Of a DNA stretch of 64,000 bases, positions 61,530 to 64,000 are shown in pieces. Numbering within the stretch: position 1 is the first letter of the stretch; each line of letters opens with the position of its first letter. This DNA comes from Candidatus Bathyarchaeota archaeon. Lineage in GTDB: Archaea > Thermoproteota > Bathyarchaeia > Bathyarchaeales > Bathycorpusculaceae. Under the pieces are notes generated by a model. It was not told the DNA's origin and made no database searches. It saw only the letters and a program-made list of their open reading frames with translations. Location: the NCBI GenBank assembly GCA_963811105.1, contig CAWEPZ010000011.1:384001-448000 (forward strand). The letters are read 5' to 3'. The translations under genes and the position numbers were made by a program.

Positions 61530-61620
61530 GGTTTGAATTGATTGCAGGCTGCGACTAGATTTGACTGATTTCGACTACAAATGACTCTTTATGACTTTTA
61601 TAGACTGATTTTGACTCATT
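61530..61620. repeat. Seven GACT-core units at exact 10-bp period with conserved left flank
   Basis: gcGACTagat/ttGACTgatt/tcGACTacaa/atGACTcttt/atGACTttta/taGACTgatt/ttGACTcatt (61551-61620). Confidence 0.85.
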
Positions 61621-61706
61621 TTTCCAAAATGCTTAGTTACAAAACTCAATAGTTTCTGTGCAAAAATTTGGAAAAAAGCAAAATTAAAGCTGTGAAACTA
61701 CCCAGA

Positions 61707-62597
61707 TTATTGTTTTTGGTTTGAAAGTTCAAGTTTCAAGCTTTCTAATGCTTTATCCATTGCAAGCGGCTTATTCTGTAGAGTCTGTTGAGCTTTTGAT
61801 GTGTCAAGCGACGAGTCCATGGGGCGTTTAGCTGGCCAAGTAAACTGTGACGACAAAGCTGGTTTAATCAGATTTTTGTCCAAACCAAATGTGTCAGCGA
61901 TTAATTGTGCAAACTCCAATCTGCTGACTCGTGTAGCGCCACACAAATGATACGTTCCAGTTAGCCTTCGTTCAATAACTTCTAAAGTCATTTCAGCAAG
62001 ATTAGTATTCAATGTAGGAGTGTTCCACTGATCAGTTACTATTTCTATGTGTTTCAGGTTTCTGAGAGTTTCAATAACCCAGAGACCAAAATTCACCTTC
62101 CCTGCAGCAGGGGTTGAACCGTAAATCACGCTTGGTCGCGCAATGAAATATTCATCCTGAGTCCGGACCATTTCTTCAGCTTTCAGTTTGGTAATTCCGT
62201 AGTAGTTGATTGGCTCAGGTTTATCCGATTCTTTGTAGTTGCCTTTTTCGCCGTTAAAAACGTAGTCTGTGGAAATATAAATCAGAAAGGAACCTGCAGC
62301 TTTGGCTGCTTCCACTATGTTTCTTGTGCCTTCTACATTGATTTTCCAAGCAAGTTCCTTGTTCAGCTCACACTTGTCAACATCGGTAAGCGTTGCAGCG
62401 TGAACTACTATGTCAGGCTTTATTTTTTTGAATATCTCTTGAACAAGCATATTATCGGAAATATCCATTTTAACGAAGTTGCCATAAACTGACAAGCTTT
62501 GAATGTCCGAGGAGTAAACTTCGAAGTTCTTAGTAAGCGCCATGTGGGCTAATTTTGAGCCGTAAAGTCCACTTGCACCTGTTATTAAGAGCTTCAG
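61707..62597 (-). CDS. rfbD: dTDP-4-dehydrorhamnose reductase
   Basis: ITGASGLYG, ISTDYVF, YGITK, AKRP; probable CTG start at 62597 overlapping the rfbB stop. Confidence 0.93.
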   Translation of the reverse strand: MKLLITGASGLYGSKLAHMALTKNFEVYSSDIQSLSVYGNFVKMDISDNMLVQEIFKKIKPDIVVHAATLTDVDKCELNKELAWKINVEGTRNIVEAAKAAGSFLIYISTDYVFNGEKGNYKESDKPEPINYYGITKLKAEEMVRTQDEYFIARPSVIYGSTPAAGKVNFGLWVIETLRNLKHIEIVTDQWNTPTLNTNLAEMTLEVIERRLTGTYHLCGATRVSRLEFAQLIADTFGLDKNLIKPALSSQFTWPAKRPMDSSLDTSKAQQTLQNKPLAMDKALESLKLELSNQKQ

Positions 62598-63601
62598 TGA
62601 AGCCCACCCAGTTTCCAAGGCGTCGGATGCAAAATCACTTCAGTGGCAAACGGCGTCCACCAATGTTCATTATCAAGGTACCACTGAATCGTTGACTCTA
62701 ACGATTGCTCTAAATTGCACTTTGGCTTCCAACCTAATGTGGACTTAATTTTTGAGGAATCTAAACTGTACCTTGTATCATGTCCGGGGCGATCTTCCAC
62801 AAATGTGATCAAGCTTTCAGGTTTCTTAAGTTGAGTAATTATCTTTTTGGCAATATCGATGTTTGCGATTTCATTTCCAGCTGAGACATTGTAGATTTCC
62901 CCAGCTTTTCCTTTTTCAAGAACCGTTGCAATTGCTTCGCAGTGGTCTTGAACATAAATCCAGTCGCGGATGTTTTCGCCTGAACCATAAATGGGTATCG
63001 GAAGGTCTCTAAGTGCGCGGATAATGGTTTTAGGAATTAACTTTTCTGGAAGCTGATATGGACCAAAATTATTTGTGCATCGTGTTATACATACATTCAA
63101 GCCAAATGTTTTGCAGTAGGATAAGGCAAACATGTCAGCTGCCGCTTTGGAGGCTGAGTAAGGATTAGACGGCTTAGGTGGTTCATTTTCTGTAAATGAA
63201 CCTTCAAGTGCCTCGCCGTAAACCTCGTCGGTTGACACTTGCAGGAGCCTAGCTTTATGATTATGTTTGCGAATGGCTTCTAAGAGCGTAAAAGTACCGA
63301 CCGTGTTATTCTGCAAAAAAACGTTGGGGTCAGCAATACTCCTGTCTACGTGAGTTTCTGCCGCAATATTAACAACTGCGTCGACTTGATGAATAAGTCT
63401 GTTTACAAGTTGTGGATTGCAAATGTCGCCTTTAATAAATGTATATCGTTTGTCGTTTTCAACCTCGTGAAGATTAGCAGGGTTAGCGCCTATTCCTACT
63501 TTGTCAATATTGATGAACTCGCAATCAGGATATTTTGATAACATATACTTGCAGAAATTACTTCCAATAAATCCTAAACCACCCGTAATTAACACTTTCA
63601 T
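62594..63601 (-). CDS. rfbB: dTDP-glucose 4,6-dehydratase
   Basis: TGGLGFIGS, AAETHVDRSI, STDEVYG, YSASK, RDWIYV. Confidence 0.97.
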   Translation of the reverse strand: MKVLITGGLGFIGSNFCKYMLSKYPDCEFINIDKVGIGANPANLHEVENDKRYTFIKGDICNPQLVNRLIHQVDAVVNIAAETHVDRSIADPNVFLQNNTVGTFTLLEAIRKHNHKARLLQVSTDEVYGEALEGSFTENEPPKPSNPYSASKAAADMFALSYCKTFGLNVCITRCTNNFGPYQLPEKLIPKTIIRALRDLPIPIYGSGENIRDWIYVQDHCEAIATVLEKGKAGEIYNVSAGNEIANIDIAKKIITQLKKPESLITFVEDRPGHDTRYSLDSSKIKSTLGWKPKCNLEQSLESTIQWYLDNEHWWTPFATEVILHPTPWKLGGLH

Positions 63602-63607
63602 ATTTCA

Positions 63608-64000
63608 TCACTTGTTAGGTAGACAATTCCAATCCCAAGGTTTACCAACACGAATGTCATCCTTCTTGCCATTTATAAATTTAGGAACAAGGGCAGGGTC
63701 ATTCCATGGCCTACGTTCTTCATCTGGGTTAGCATAGTCATACAAGTTAGTTGTAAAGTATAATAACATAGCTGGTTCATCACCAAGAGCCTTAAAGCCA
63801 TGCCAATAGTGACCTGGGACGCGGACAATTTGCAGATTTAAAGCGCTTGACACAACCTCATTAACTTCCTCTGTTTTGTCATCAAATGCGCAAATTTTTA
63901 TCGCACCTTTTAGCGCCAAAAAATAATCAACTTGTCCTCTAAGGTGTCTATGCCACGCGCGAATGATGTTGGGATATGTGAACGAAAAGTTTGCTTGGGC
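63608..64000 (-). CDS. rfbC: dTDP-4-dehydrorhamnose 3,5-epimerase family protein (5' end outside window)
   Basis: IIRAWHRH..QVDYF..VPGHYWHGFKA..Y..PDEER. Confidence 0.88.
   Translation of the reverse strand, partial: AQANFSFTYPNIIRAWHRHLRGQVDYFLALKGAIKICAFDDKTEEVNEVVSSALNLQIVRVPGHYWHGFKALGDEPAMLLYFTTNLYDYANPDEERRPWNDPALVPKFINGKKDDIRVGKPWDWNCLPNK

Noticed and set aside
61551-61620. CRISPR interpretation of the GACT array
   Set aside because: 4-nt core and 6-nt spacers are far too short; no cas genes
1-64000. Intact transposase, integrase, provirus, rRNA or stop-codon recoding (Sec/Pyl)
   Set aside because: None recognised; internal stops seen occur only in genes that also carry frameshifts

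Overview
Archaeal chromosomal segment. Gene content and style suggest Bathyarchaeia or a related TACK lineage (inference): group II chaperonin, eL31/eL39/eS19/aIF6/prefoldin cluster, intron-containing tRNA, and two large PQQ-like beta-propeller surface proteins. It carries a thermosome subunit, tRNA-Pro(TGG) followed by small accessory genes, glyA/serA, a dph6-GATase pair, a soluble LonC-type protease and tRNA-Glu(CTC) with a 21/22 intron. Further on are a five-gene split glutamate synthase operon, thiolase/DUF35, a 1896-aa DUF4011-helicase-nuclease, tupABC with modE, amt duplicates (one decayed), ribosome-related genes and dTDP-rhamnose genes. Best leads: (1) a stand-alone Rpo5 with the eukaryotic RPB5-type N-terminal domain; (2) a dispersed intergenic element family with conserved flanks and 10-bp-phased cores; (3) a ~105-nt GC-rich hairpin RNA candidate upstream of a DUF559-like nuclease; (4) a probable nested molbindin start inside modE, plus a ModE operator over the tupA TATA box; (5) Dph6 translationally coupled to a class I glutaminase. 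No CRISPR array, rRNA or intact transposase was seen. All family calls come from motif recognition, not database searches.
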